Of a DNA stretch of 64,000 nt, positions 1-12,329 are shown piece by piece. Made by a program: the position numbers and the translations under genes. Under the pieces are notes generated by a model. The model saw nothing but the letters and a program-made list of their open reading frames with translations. It searched no databases and was not told the DNA's origin. The stretch is from Felis catus (taxonomy: Eukaryota): contig NC_058368.1 of the NCBI RefSeq assembly GCF_018350175.1, forward strand, positions 149,050,001 through 149,114,000, given 5' to 3'. The first letter of the stretch is position 1, and the number at the start of each line of letters is the position of its first letter.

Positions 1-564
1 AACAAACACCTCTATCTAGTTCCTAGACATTTAGATTACTCTAAAGTAAGCACCTTATGTATTAAACAGTTTCCCTTTATTCTGTCTCTCCTAGGCCCTG
101 GAACCCAGCAGTCTGCAATCTGTTTCTATAGATATCTATTTCACATATTTTGTATAAATGAAATCATACAACGTGTGACCTTTTCTGTTTGGCTTCTTTC
201 ACTTGCCATAATGTTTTGGAGGTTCATCATGTTGTTTCATGTATCGGTACTTTATTTCTTTTTATACTTGAATAATATTCCATTATATGTATACACTGCA
301 ATTTGGTTATTCATCATCAGTTGCTGGGCTTTTGGGTTGCTTCCACCTTGTGGCTGCTATGAACTGGATGAATATGTATGTACTTGATTACCTGCTTCTG
401 ATTCTTGGGGGTGTATGTCTAGTTTTGGAAAATTCAGGATTATACAGTGTTTCTATATATAATTTTTGAGGAATCACCCAACTGTTTTGCATAGTGGCTG
501 AACCATTTTACACTCCTACCAGCAATATACAAATGTTCCAAATGTCTTCACATCCTTGCCAAGG

Positions 565-597
<33 letters not shown>

Positions 598-2120
598 TTT
601 AATCATAGCTATCCTAGTTGGTAATTTGCTGTTTCAATGTGGTTTTGTTGTGCATCTAAGTACTAATGATGTTGAACATCTTTTCAATTGCTTGATGGCC
701 ATTTGTATGGCTTCTTTAGAGAAATTTTTGTTAGAGTTCTTTGCACATTTTTTAATTGGACAGTTTGTCTTTTTGTTGTGAGAGTTCTTTTTATATTCCG
801 AGTCCTAGATTCTTATACAATATATGTTTGCAAATACTTTCTCCTATTCTGTGATGGTCATTTTATTCTTTTGATGTCTTTTGCTGCTCAAAAGTTTTTA
901 GTTTTGATGAAATCTAATTTATTCATTCTTTCTTTTGTTGCTTGGCTTTTGGTGTCATACCTAAGAATCCACTGCCAGATTCAAAGTAATGAAGATTTAC
1001 CTACTTGTTTTCTTCTAAGAAGTTTCTGATTTTATCTCTTGTATTTGTGGTGTATTCTGTTTGGGGTTAATTTTTGTATATTGTATGAAGTAGGGGTTCA
1101 ACTTCTTTATTTTGCATATGGGAATCCATTTTTCCAAATACCATTTGTTGAGAGTATTCTTATCCTTTTGCCATTGAATGGTCTTAGCATCTTTATTGAA
1201 AATTAATTGACTATAGAGATACAGGTTTACTTATGGTTTTTCATTTCTGTCTCATCATACTGTACGTTTATCCTTATGCCAGAACCACATTGTTTTCATT
1301 ACTGAAGTTTTGTAGTAAGTTTTAAAAACTAAAAGTTTAAGTCCTTGAGCATTGTTCTTTTTCAAGTTTGCTTTTGTTATTCAGGGTCCCTTGCGACTAC
1401 ATATGAATTTGAGAATGGGATTTTACATTTCTGCAGAAAGACTGTTGGAATCAAATTGAGATTACATTGACATCTGAACAACATTAAGTCTTACAATCTG
1501 TGAACACACACTATCTCTCCATTGTTTTGGTCTTTTTTTTTTTACTGTATATTGTCAATAGCTTATAAATTTCAGTGTACAACTGTCTCACTTGTGTGGT
1601 TAAATATATTCCCGAGTACTTTACTTTTTCAGATGCTATCATAAATGGAATTGTTTTCTTAATTTCCTTTTCAGATTACTCATCCTAGTATATATAATAC
1701 AACTGATATTTGTGCGCTGATTTCCTAACCAGCACCTTTGCTGAATTTGTTCCTTAGCTCCCTTTTGTGTATGTGTGTGTGCATTCTTTGAGATTTTCTA
1801 TATATAGGATCATGTCATGTGCAAATAGAGTTAATTTTACTTTTTTTTCTTTCTAATTTGGGTGTTTTTTACTCCTTTTTCATGCCTGATTATACTGGTC
1901 AGACTTTCTGGTAAAATATTGAATAAAGTGGTAAAATCAGCATCCTTGTTATGTCCCCAATATTACCAGGAAGTTTTTAGTCTTTCATCTTTGAGTGTGA
2001 TGTTTTCTGGATTTTTCATGAATGCCCTTTATCATGTCGAAGAAGTTCCCATCTATTCCTAATTTTCTGATAATTTTTACCATGAGAGAATATTGAATTT
2101 TATTAAATGGGTTTTATTGG
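1..2120 (-). mobile_element. Old L1 (L1MB/MC-like) 3'UTR and ORF2 3' remnant
   Basis: Typical antisense L1 text (tggcttctttcacttgccataatgttttggaggttcatc, ccatttgttgagag, aaatggaattgttttcttaatttcc). Confidence 0.9.
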
Positions 2121-2311
2121 ATGTCATTTTTAAGAAGTTATATTAATTTTTAGAAAATACTGAAAAAGACAACTCTTTGAAAATTGGTACATAAAATATA
2201 GTTCATATAACATTTAAAAAAAGGAGAGGAATAACACTGATAATCAGACTCATCAACTGAAACCCTGAGAAAATACTGAGATAAATCATCTAATAATCAA
2301 TTTACTCTCAG

Positions 2312-2399
2312 CTAGCAGAATATAAGATACTGGATAGCAATGAATATGAATTTAGAAATGGAAATAAAGCCCCCAAAACGCATTGTTTTCTATGGGAGG
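2312..2399 (+). pseudogene. Possible upstream fossil exon (LAEYKILDSNEYEFRNGNKAPKTHCFLWE)
   Basis: ctctcag| acceptor, G|gtaaat donor, open frame, phase 1 matches the next exon across a 71-nt intron. No recognised homology. Confidence 0.3.
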
Positions 2400-2470
2400 G
2401 TAAATGACTTACATAGAAAGAGATGGTAAGTTCAGATAATCTTATATTTCAATAGTACTTTTTATTATAG

Positions 2471-2570
2471 CTCATGACATTGCCATCTGTAAGCCAGAAC
2501 CAAGTGGTACTAGATTGGAAGATATTTCTAATGTTGAAGATAAATATCAAATTATAAGTGTTATTAGTAC
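2471..2570 (+). pseudogene. Possible fossil exon (AHDIAICKPEPSGTRLEDISNVEDKYQIISVIS)
   Basis: tttttattatag| acceptor, AC|gtaagg donor, fully open. Phase-2 end is compatible with the TPR exon at 6121. Confidence 0.4.
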
Positions 2571-2717
2571 GTAAGGGAAACTCTGCTTGTTTATTTATTA
2601 GCTGAAGGTCATTAAGGTTGTTCTGAGATTTGGGTAGTTACAAATAAAGCTGGAATAAACATCTGTGTATAAATTTTTGTGTGAAGATTTTTTTAATTTT
2701 CTTGGGAAAATACCTGG

Positions 2718-3345
2718 TATATCAGTTTTTCATTGCTGCTATCGCAAATTACTATGAATTCAGTGGCTTTAGACAACCTATCTCATAGTTTCCACAGGTC
2801 AGAATTCCAGGCAAAGGGTATTTCATCTGATTTCTCTATTTCGGGTCTCATAAGGTTGAAATCAAGGTGTCAGCAGGACTGCACTTATAAACTCCCAAAG
2901 AATACAATTTCTGAGGACTTTCAGGATGTTGGGAGAATTCAGTTTGTTCTCAGTTTTTCATGTGGCCCCCTTCATTTTCAAGCCAACAAAGGCAGCATCC
3001 TTCTCATGCTTTGAATATCTTTAACTTCTGCCCTCAGCCAAGAGAAAGCTCTGTTTTAAGAATGCATGTGAGTACATTGGCCCACCTGGATAATCCAAAA
3101 TAATCTCTCTATTTTATTTTTATTTTTATTTTTTTAAGTAAGCTCTACACCCAACTTGGGCCTTGAACTCATGACCCTAAGAACAAGAATCACATCTCTA
3201 TCAACTGAGCCAGCTAGGCACCCCAATAATTTATCTATTTTAAAGTTAAGCTATAACTAAGCTTAATTACATCTGAAAGTCCCTTATGCCATGCAAGGTA
3301 ACATTCAGGAGTGTGACATGACAAAGTTCATAGAGCTAAAATCAC
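2718..3345 (-). mobile_element. MaLR LTR (MLT1-type) nested in an L1 fragment, itself containing a short Can-SINE at ~3112-3224
   Basis: ttgctgctatcgcaaattac..tctcatagttt..aaatcaaggtgtcagcagg motifs. L1 text flanks both sides. Confidence 0.8.
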
Positions 3346-3479
3346 CTACCTTTTCCAGGGCCATATGGTAAGCATGTGTGTAATTTCATTAAAAACAAAC
3401 AAACAAAAACAAAACAAAAAAAACTAAACACTTGTCTTCTGTCTTGCATAGGTTTTGCCAAGTGATTTTCTGCAATGAT

Positions 3480-5205
3480 TTGCTTTGTTCCTTTATACCT
3501 AATGTGTCTACTTTTCATCTAATGCTCTTTATGATATTTCTCTTTATCTCTGCATTGTACTGAATATTTCCAATTAAATCTCACCCCTTACAATATCAGT
3601 TTGGGTATAAAGTGTCTATATAGATTTTTCTGATTGTTGTTTTCTATTTGGTTTTCATTTTGGTTTTGATTTTCATTCTATTTGAAGTTCTCTGAGCTTG
3701 AATCTTCTGTTTAATATCTTCTTAATATTTTTTAAAATCTTAGCCATTATTTTTTCAAATATTTCCTTTGTCATTTCTCTATTCTTTTGTGATTCAAATT
3801 AAGTATATGTTCACATTTCATATTATTCTACATCTCATGATGTTCTGTTGTGTTTTTTTTCTCCTCTGTTTCTGCTTCAATTTGCATAATTATTATTGAC
3901 CTCTTTACAGTTTCATTAGTTATTTTGTTGTCTGTATTATGTCTAATTGTGGGTCCATCAACGTCATACTTCATTTCTCTAACTGGATTTTTCTTTAACT
4001 CTAACATTTGATTCATTCTTATTGTTTTCTTGTCTCTGCTGAAATTTCTTGTCTCTACATACATGCTGTCCACCTTTTCTATTAAGATAATGATTAACGA
4101 GCTTTTTCTTTTTTAATTCCTTAGCCTATAATTTTAACATTTGAGTCCTTTCTGAAACTTCTGTTGAATCCTTTGTTTCTTGTTTGTTTGGCTATTCATT
4201 TCATTACTTTTCTGTGTATATCATAATTTTTAATTGCATGTCAGACACAGTGTGTAGGATGACAGAAATTGAAGGAAAGAGTGTGACTGGGACAGGCATG
4301 CCATTTTTTCTGCTATGTTGTTAGTGTAGGAAATGAATCAGTATTGTCAGGAATTGTGCATGATTTGGATATTGTTTTTGCTATAGATTCTTTTAGTGTC
4401 TATCAGTTTCAAATCCTTCTGGTACTATCTTGTGCTTAGGTTATTTGGATGGTTTGTCAGGAGTGTTTTCTCAATGTTTCAGCTCTACTCTCAGCTTTAT
4501 GCCTTTCCTATGCTCCTGTGTCTTAGAGAGGGTCTCTCCTTGAGTTTTATCCCTCCCAAGTAAATATTATTTTTTGTTACTGTCCCTCACTCGTATAATG
4601 AGGAAAGACTGGGAGAGTTATCTCTTTTCCTGGTTCAGCCTAATTTTTACATAGTTCCTGTTATTCTGTTGCTAAGGTATAGAGATTTCTAAGTTATTCT
4701 GCCTTTGATAGATTTCTAATTGTCTGGGTCCTTCCCCTTGTGGCTTAAGGCTTTGTTCTTTGTGGAAGAACAGAGTTGATGGATAGTTGTGCATTCCTTG
4801 CAGCTGTGGGAGCTTTCCTTCTCCAAGCCTAAACTGCTAAGGAAGGATTTCTCTGCTCTCCTACCCTGCTGTCAATATTTCTCATGCATACCTGGGGAGG
4901 TTGTAAGCATATGCTGCTCCAAGTGTTATATATTTGCATGTGGCTTCCACTCAGACTTTAGCAATACATTAAAGCTGTGGTAAAGTTCTTACCTTCTTGT
5001 ATCGAGGCCCTGTCTATCCCCCTGCCACAGGTGAACTAGCGCTTGTGCTCCACTTTTCTTTCTAATGCAAGAAATACAGTTTTTCTCTGTGACCGTGGCT
5101 CTCTGTTGGCTTCAAGAAAAATATAATTTTATACATTATCCAGTTTCTTCTTCTTGTTGGGAGCACCACTCTTTTCAGATTTCTATGTATTTGGCAGAAG
5201 CCTGA
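3480..5205 (-). mobile_element. Old L1 5' region / ORF1 remnant
   Basis: ORF 3828-4073 (NQMLELKKNPVREMKYDVDG..RSIIIMQIE) resembles the L1 ORF1p coiled coil. Confidence 0.75.
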
Positions 5206-5239
5206 AGCCAATTACTGTAAAGATACATTGAATGGATAG

Positions 5240-5350
5240 GTAGAACTCTGAGGACAAGAACCATGTCTTACTTATGTCTCTACAACACTAGCCTCTAGAC
5301 TCAGGGCAGACATGTGGTATGAGCTTAATAAATGGTACTGAATTGAATTT
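5240..5350 (+). mobile_element. L2 3' end
   Basis: gaggacaagaaccatgtctt..gagcttaataaatggtactgaattgaat. Confidence 0.65.
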
Positions 5351-5385
5351 ATAGTCTTAAAAGCAGAACTAATATATGGTTAGAT

Positions 5386-5619
5386 CAGTGGTTTTTAACT
5401 AGGGTGATTTTTCCCTCCATCTGGGGAACATTTGATAGTGTATAGAGAGAGGCATTTTTCAATGTTGTCAGGCCTGGGACCAATGTGTATGTGTGTGTAT
5501 GTGTGGGCGCTACTAGTAAATGCTGCTAAATATCTTATAATGCGCTAGACAACCCCCCCACACAGAAAAAAAAATTATTTAGCTCCAAATATCAATTATA
5601 CTGAGGTTGAGAAACCTTG
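5386..5619 (+). mobile_element. MER20 hAT DNA transposon
   Basis: cagtggtttttaac..gatttt..tgctgctaaatatcttataatgc..gaggttgagaaacc terminal inverted repeats. Confidence 0.85.
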
Positions 5620-6120
5620 GATTATACTAACATGATAATTATGGAAAACATTCTACATAGGCCAGAATAAGCTAATAAAGAGTAATGTGACCTTTTTCAT
5701 AAATAGATAAATGTAACAGAATATCTGATAATACACGTAAAACGTCGGGTAGGATATATTTGTATACGTCTGGCAGGATATATTTGGCTGCAAGTAATAT
5801 AAACCCCAATTAAATATAATATAAGTGGTAAGGAAATTTATAATATCAACTTAACAGGGAGTCTAAAATCAGAACCAACTTTAGACAGAGTAGCCTGAGG
5901 ACTGGGGTTCTTTTCCACCATGATTTTTCTATGGTTCTTTTTTTCTCTTTTCACAAGTCATCTTTGTCCATGGACTACCTCCTCTCAGGACCTAAAGATG
6001 GCTTCCCAAGCCAGTGGGAAAAGAAGTTTATTATAATATCTTACATGAATGATGGCTGATAATATCGTCTGTAAAACAGGCAAGTTCAACTTAAATGAGT
6101 AAGGAAGTTTATTTTGGTAG

Positions 6121-6276
6121 AGACTTGAGGCAAAGAATCCATCCCAGGATGATTTGAAGATTATTGAAAATACAAGGATGTAAAAATGTATTTTCTAAAG
6201 CTATGTTTATTTGCAAAGGAAAACTTCTCAAAGGCTATAAATCAAAATACTAGGCAGTTTTGGGTGGGTTGAAATT
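6121..6276 (+). pseudogene. Fossil exon, TPR1 (LLKIQG..FSK / LFAKENFSKAINQNTR)
   Basis: ttttggtag| acceptor and |gtaagt donor. 8 of 15 residues identical to TTC3 FSKERFDIAIIYYTR (recalled). Contains a stop and a frameshift. Confidence 0.65.
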
Positions 6277-6307
6277 GTAAGTTATTATGTATTCTTTTTA
6301 TAGTATT

Positions 6308-6683
6308 CTTTTAAGTTTATTTATTTTGAAAGAGGGGGGGGGGCACAGAGAAAGAGGGAGAAAGAGAATCCCAAGCAGGCTGTATGCTGTCAGTGCGTAG
6401 CCCAATGCAGGGATTGATCCCATAAGCCATGAGATCATTATCTGAGCCGAGATCAAGAGTCAGACTCTCAACCAACTGAGCCACCCAGGTGCCCCTAGTA
6501 TTTTTTTTTGTAATGTTTATTTGTTTATTTTGAGAGAGGGGGTAGGCAGAGAGAGAGGAAGAGGGAATCCCAAGCAGGCTTCGTGCTTTCAGCACAGAAC
6601 CAGATGTGGGGCTGAATCCCACAAACTCATGACCTGGCCAAAGTAAGAGCTGGATGCTTTACTGACTGAGCCCCAGGCACTCC
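6308..6683 (-). mobile_element. Two adjacent Can-SINEs
   Basis: Two antisense SINE bodies (..ctgagccacccaggtgcccc; ..ctgagccccaggcactcc) sharing a tagtatt target sequence. Confidence 0.9.
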
Positions 6684-7639
6684 TTTTTTATAGTATTTCT
6701 ACTAGTGTATTGCTTCTATATATTACTTTTAAACTTCAAAGTGAAGGGAAAGATAGTTGTAATGAACTAAAATAAGATGTTACTAATAAAAGAGAAGGAA
6801 AAGAAAAAAGTTTAACTCATATTTTTAATAGAAATATTCAAACTATTAATTTGGAGAAGGTCTCTTTTATCTTTGGGGTTTACATAAAAAATATCAGCAA
6901 ATATCTTGGCTTAAGCTGTTGATTTTATGTGGATCACTAACAAAAGGTTTATATATTTAGTTCTCACCTTTCTTCAGGCAATCCATTTTCATGCTCTGGC
7001 AGAATTTTATTCTTTGTACATTCAACCCTGAAATGCTCATCTTTCTTTCTCAATATGCTCTGCCACATGTATACTCTACATCTGTGTTTCAATTCACTAC
7101 TGACTGAAAGCTTTGGAGTTATTCCTTACTCCTCCTTCCTTGGCTCAAGTTTCACAATTAATCACTTATCATGTTCTAAAAATTCTATCTCTGGAAGATC
7201 ACTTCTGACTAAGCCCCATTTTCCCAACCCACTGCAATTGCCCTATTTCAGACTTCCATCATCCCTATACCTGAATCATTGCAGTTTCAGCCCCATTGAC
7301 CTTAATGGCTCCTCATCTAATATTTATTTGAATTCTCCATCACAGAGGATATTTTTTTTCAAATATAAGTGTAATCATGGCATTCCATATTTTTAACAAA
7401 TGCAATAGTGTCTTATATCTTGCAGAATTAAGTAGGACTCTGATAAAGTCTTCTCTTCTTTGTCTGTGTGTCTTAAGTTGATTCATGTTAGTTACAGATA
7501 AAATGTCTTCATTAAGCCTCCTTTACAGCTGAATCCTACCCTCAAATAATTCTGAGGTAAATGCTCTTTCTCAGCATTCCCAGCCCCCAGGCATTGCCAT
7601 GAAAGCCAACTCTGATTTCATTTCTGCCATCATTTCTTT

Positions 7640-7870
7640 AGTGTTTAAAATATGCCAGACATTTTACTAAATGTTTTACATACTTATCTCATTAATTCTC
7701 ACGTATAACCTAGGAAATAGGTTTTACTACTATTTTCCCCATTTAATAGATGAAATACTTAGTCACAGAGAGATTAAATGGCCTAAAGTCACATAGTTGG
7801 GAGATGGTGTCACACCCAGCCTGCCTGACAATAGGATTTATGCTCTTTATCACAAAACCATACTTCCAAT
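7640..7870 (-). mobile_element. MIR
   Basis: ccccatttaatagatgaaatacttagtcacagagagattaaatg core. Confidence 0.75.
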
Positions 7871-7934
7871 TTCATTGATTACTGGGAGCACCAAAGCAAA
7901 GATTTAACATTTCCAATTTCTATTGACTTCCATA

Positions 7935-8150
7935 TTTTTTTATTTTTTTAAATTTCTTTTAATGTTTATTTTTAAAAGAGAGAGAACAGTGTGCCAGCAG
8001 GGGAATGCAGAGAGAGAGGGAGACAAAAGGTCTGAAGTGAGCTCTGTGCTGACAGCAGAGAGCCCGACATGAGACTCAAACTACAAACCTTGATATCATG
8101 ACCTTAGCCAAAGTCAGATGTTTAGCTGACTGAGCCACCTAGGTACTCCA
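7935..8150 (-). mobile_element. Can-SINE
   Basis: Antisense SINEC body with poly-T tail. Confidence 0.9.
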
Positions 8151-8447
8151 TATGCTTTTATTTTTAATGGGTAACTTGTCTCCCCAATGGTTTGCAAGTT
8201 TTAAAGTAAAGGCTTTTATTCTATTACCTCAATTTGGTAGTGCTTAGCAGCACTTTGTAGATAGTTGGTATTAAATGAATGTTAGATAAAGAACTTATTT
8301 GCCTTATAGAGTCTTCTTACTTCAATTCATCTTATAGTTAACTAATTAATACTCTTAATTACCATTTTGCTGAAAAACTTTCAATAATCCCCACTTTCTT
8401 CTACATATCCTCAAATTGGCTTTGGATAATTACATAGTCTAAATCTA

Positions 8448-8448
8448 C

Positions 8449-8510
<62 letters not shown>

Positions 8511-8614
8511 AAATTCTATATTTAAGTTAATCTCTACACCCAGTGTGGAGTTCAAACTCACAACCCTGAGATCAAGAGTTGGGTACTCTTCTAACTGAGC
8601 TGGCCAGGTGCCCC
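8448..8614 (-). repeat. (TA)n microsatellite next to a short Can-SINE
   Basis: TA array at 8448-8506, then ctctacacccagtgtggagttcaaactcac..ccaggtgcccc. Confidence 0.85.
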
Positions 8615-8997
8615 ATAAATTTAACATTTTTTAAATTTCACTACCACTTTTTACAAAGCTTCTGCTTGTTCAAAACGTACTGTTTCATACATGCTTCTTT
8701 CCATCTTCTTGGCCTTTGTTCAATAGGTTCCTCACACATAAAATGTCCTTTTTTCACTTCCAAATGATCAAATTCAAAAATAAACTTCTCTGACATAGTT
8801 CAGGTATATCAGCTTTCTAAACATCTATATTATTTTATCTGTATTATTTCAATGGTCCAATGTCTGATTTAGCATTGTTTCTCAAACATAATATACCTCA
8901 GTACCTTGAAAACAGCGGGACATTCAAAAAATGTTAAATAAGAAAGGGAGGGGATAAACTTTTGGTGTAATTTGCATATACCTAAAATTTAAACAAG

Positions 8998-9110
8998 ATG
9001 TGTATTTTTTTTCAATGATTTGCATGAAACAGGAAAACATATTGTTAAAATACAGGCATGGTCTTTTGAGGGAAGCTGAATGGATCTGAAATATTAAACC
9101 TAGAGAAAAC
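8998..9110 (+). pseudogene. Fossil exon, TPR2 (*NRKTYC*NTG..LREAEWI*NIKP)
   Basis: Spacing matches TTC3 GNRALCFLRTG and the generic TPR 'AL.DAE.AI..KP'. Boundaries uncertain. Confidence 0.5.
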
Positions 9111-9203
9111 ATTAACCCTGATGTCTTTTATTGCATGTGTTCTGAGTAATGTTCAAAACACAATGGATTGAAAAGAAAAGACCATTAAAATTATGTCTTT
9201 TAT

Positions 9204-9412
9204 GGGGCGCTGGGTGGCGCAGTCGGTTAAGCGTCCGACTTCAGCCAGGTCACGATCTCGCGGTACGTGAGTTTGAGCCCCACGTCGGGCTCTGGGCTGA
9301 TGGCTCAGAGCCTGGAGCCTGTTTCCGATTCTGTGTCTCCCTCTCTCTCTGCCCCTCCCCCGCTCATGCTCTGTCTGTCTCTGTCCCAAAAATAAATAAA
9401 CTTTAAAAAAAA
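9204..9412 (+). mobile_element. Young SINEC_Fc-type SINE
   Basis: CpG-rich intact body ggggcgctgggtggcgcagtcggttaagcgtccgacttc; TSD aaaattatgtctttta. Confidence 0.95.
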
Positions 9413-9426
9413 ATTATGTCTTTTAG

Positions 9427-9536
9427 GTGGAAGAAGATTGGCATGGAGAAAGTTTTATTTCAGTGAGAAATGGAACAACTCTTATAAACATTTTTTATTA
9501 GGGAGAACAATATATCCAGATATATTTCAGGATATG
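9427..9536 (+). pseudogene. Fossil exon, TPR3 (HGESFISV/KWNNSYKHFLLGRTIYPD)
   Basis: tgtcttttag| acceptor, ATG|gtattt donor. Fits the TPR pattern G..F....KW..(A)Y..F..G...P with one frameshift. Confidence 0.55.
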
Positions 9537-9826
9537 GTATTTTTTAACAGTGTGTACCAGAAAAGAAACATATAATAATATTAAAATCAGAATTGAATTC
9601 ACTTAACCTACAAATCAGATTTCTATTTTAAAAGTTAATGAGAAACTATATAGAAGAATTATATAAGTATATTGGGGGGAAAACCAATTAGTTTAATGTG
9701 TTAGATGGGTTGTTGGATTTGAATTAAGGAAATAAGTTAAATGCCAAAAGCAAATGCTAAAACTGACTTTAGGCATTCTAAATTTAATCTTATGATTCTA
9801 AACTTACTAGTAACTTGACTTTGTAG

Positions 9827-9920
9827 GCAATTCTCCTATGCAAAGAAGTAAATTTCAGAGGTCATTTTTGGCTTATACTTCTAAACTGATGCATCACTTT
9901 TTGCTTTCCAATGATTTAAG
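9827..9920 (+). pseudogene. Fossil exon (NSPMQRSKFQRSFLAYTSKLMHHFLLSNDL)
   Basis: gactttgtag| acceptor, AG|gtggag donor, open. Phase 2 joins in frame to the exon at 10128. Confidence 0.45.
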
Positions 9921-10127
9921 GTGGAGAGAGAAAAGATTATACTCATTCATCTTCCTAATGATATCTGCCTTCCAGACCATACTCTGCATCTCTAAGATGA
10001 ATTTTTCAAATAGCAAATAATTCAATAGAGAAGTGCCCTTTCTAAGGGAATATTCTTGTGGCAAGATAATTTTTGAGATATTCATTTATGATTCCTTTCT
10101 GTATTTTTGTTATTTCTTCCCTTGTAG

Positions 10128-10228
10128 GCTCTGCTCTGCTTGCCTTGTGAAAGATTGGCAGTGGGTTTCTCAACAAAATTTACTGAGACCAATTGAGGAA
10201 AACAGATTTTTGAGATAAGAAAAATCAA
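10128..10228 (+). pseudogene. Fossil exon (LCSACLVKDWQWVSQQNLLRPIEENRFLR*EKS)
   Basis: Strong polypyrimidine tract ending ttcccttgtag|, A|gtgaga donor. Phase 2 in and phase 1 out, matching both neighbours. Confidence 0.5.
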
Positions 10229-10342
10229 GTGAGAATAAGAGAATAATTCTTGATGGACAATATGAATATAAAAACACATAAAATACTTATAATAAAATAT
10301 AAAAATACATACTTTTTTTTGAAAAATCACCCATATTCACAG

Positions 10343-10506
10343 CCATAACCCAGGCTTTGGGATATAAAGGAAAGTGGAGAGTTTGGGTCATCCCCAAAGA
10401 CAGAGCATGGGCTGAACGTTTGTGTAGATAGAATAACAATGAAGAATATCTCATCTTATCAGAGGGACACCATGAGAAAAGTTGCTTCAGCACCATGGAG
10501 CCTTGT
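10343..10506 (+). pseudogene. Fossil exon (KWRVWVIPKDRAWAERLCR*NNNEEYLILSE...)
   Basis: attcacag| acceptor, TGT|gtaaga donor, one in-frame TAG. Ungapped similarity to the TTC3 ...ALLEQRCRSAAQAF segment. Confidence 0.65.
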
Positions 10507-10581
10507 GTAAGATTAATCACCATTTGAAAACTGAATGGCCTTCTCTGATTGGCTGGACTGAAGGATTATTGAATGTGTGCA

Positions 10582-10585
<4 letters not shown>

Positions 10586-10622
<37 letters not shown>
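10586..10622. repeat. (TG)n microsatellite
   Basis: Direct reading. Confidence 0.95.
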
Positions 10623-10625
<3 letters not shown>

Positions 10626-10652
10626 GGCAAATTTATTCATCTCCATCAACAG

Positions 10653-10748
10653 CCATTTATCACCTTGCTCCCCTCATTGGCTAAGAATGCCCCAATTTGC
10701 ATTTACATTTTCTCAATTTTTGGTTGTATACATATAAGTACCCAGCAG
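10653..10748 (+). pseudogene. Fossil exon (PFITLLPSLAKNAPICIYIFSIFGCIHISTQQ)
   Basis: 96 nt, phase 0/0, catcaacag| and CAG|gtgtcc. Resembles TTC3 LAMINYVLVVYGLAISLLGIGQPE. Confidence 0.6.
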
Positions 10749-11854
10749 GTGTCCCCAAAAAGACCTTTAGAAAAATTTCAGATCAAAGAAATAAATGACT
10801 TGGCAGAGAACACGTGTAGAGGCACTGTTAGCACCTAAGGATAGGCATGCATGCAACTGCCAATAACTGTGCCTAAAACCAGAAATAAAGCCAAAAGAAT
10901 GAAAAGTGTCAGTAGTCAGTATAACCAAACTGGCAGTTTAACAGACCACTCACGGCAATGTGGAGGATAGATTGGAAATGTTATTAGATGATGTTGTAGA
11001 GGAAAATTGCCAAAATATGATAAGCTCAAAGTTAAAATTATGGCAGTAGCAATAAGCAGATGGATTAGAGCAATATTAAGGAGATACACCAGGCAAGCCC
11101 TGGATTGAAAGCCAGGTGTCTGAGAATCTGATAGATAGCTGAGGCAGTCTCTGAAATGAGAAGGGTAAGGCATGTTTGAGAAAAAAAACTTATAAGCTCT
11201 AATTTGGACATGTTTTGTTGAGAAATCTGTGAGATATACACATTTAGAATTTCAGAATTAAGGAGAGAGTTCTGAGCTTTATATGGCAAGATTTGAAACT
11301 TCTTTTTTTTCTTTTTTTTTACATTTTTGAGAAAGAAATGTGTTAGTAGTAGAAAGTTAAGGAAATATAACTAATTATCAAGACCCATAATTAAAGGAGT
11401 ACAAATGATCATAAATGGTTCTGAATCTGTTTTGACTAACAGTTAAGGAATTCAGTCCCCAAAGCAAGAATACTTAAAAAGCACTGTAACTGAAAACTGA
11501 TATATCTGGTGCATTCTGTTAATTTTCAAAACCTCTAGTAAATATGGCTTTATTTAATATTCATATCAACTTATTTAAGCTACACAGAGAGATACGCTGT
11601 CCTTATTTGGAGTATGGAGAGACTGCATCCCAGATAGAATACAATGTCTTGCCACAAATTAACAAAGAAAGTTAATTCCATGGATTTGGTTTCCTGATAC
11701 TGATGTGAGCACTCAATCCATTATGCCCTATACATTTTTATTCAAGGAAATTACAGACAATGTGACAATTATTTAATGATAAGTTCCTACAAATTATAAA
11801 ATATCTTTTTAAGAGACGGGAAAATAATTATTTTTATCTAGATTAAAGAATTGG

Positions 11855-12329
11855 TATTTGAACCTAGTCATAAAAAGTACCACAAACAGGTGACTTCACA
11901 CAACAGAAATGCATTGTTTCACAGCCGTGGAGTTTAGAAGTCCAAAATCAAGATGCTAGCAAATGTGAGCTCCCTCTGAAACCTTCAGAGAAATCCTTCC
12001 CTGCCTCTACTCAACCTCTGATGCCTCACCTGCAGTCTTTGCTCTTGGTTTTGCAGCTGCTTAACTCCAGTCTCTGTCTTCCTTATAGCATAGTGTTCCT
12101 CCTTCATCTCTATCTTCAGATAGCATTCTTCTTTTAAGGACACCAGTCATACTGGAGTTGGGGCCCACTATTCTCTAGTATGACCCCATCTTAACTAAAC
12201 AGCTGTGACAACCTTATATCCAAATAAGATTGCATAATGGGAAACATGGGGTTAAACTTCGACATATCTACATATCTTTTTTTTTTTTTTGGTGGGATTT
12301 GGGGAATAAAATTTCAACCCCTGATAGCA
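11855..12329 (-). mobile_element. MaLR LTR (MLT1C/D-like)
   Basis: gtaccacaaac..cagaaatgcattgtttcacagc..aagtccaaaatcaagatg..aaggacaccagtcatactgga..ccaaataag. Confidence 0.85.

Noticed and set aside
175..2062. Several ORFs of 60-113 aa
   Set aside because: Antisense read-through of a decayed L1.
9149..9406. ORFs with MAQSVK/AQVMIS/GSEPGACFRF motifs, recurring throughout the window
   Set aside because: Translations of Can-SINE bodies, not genes.
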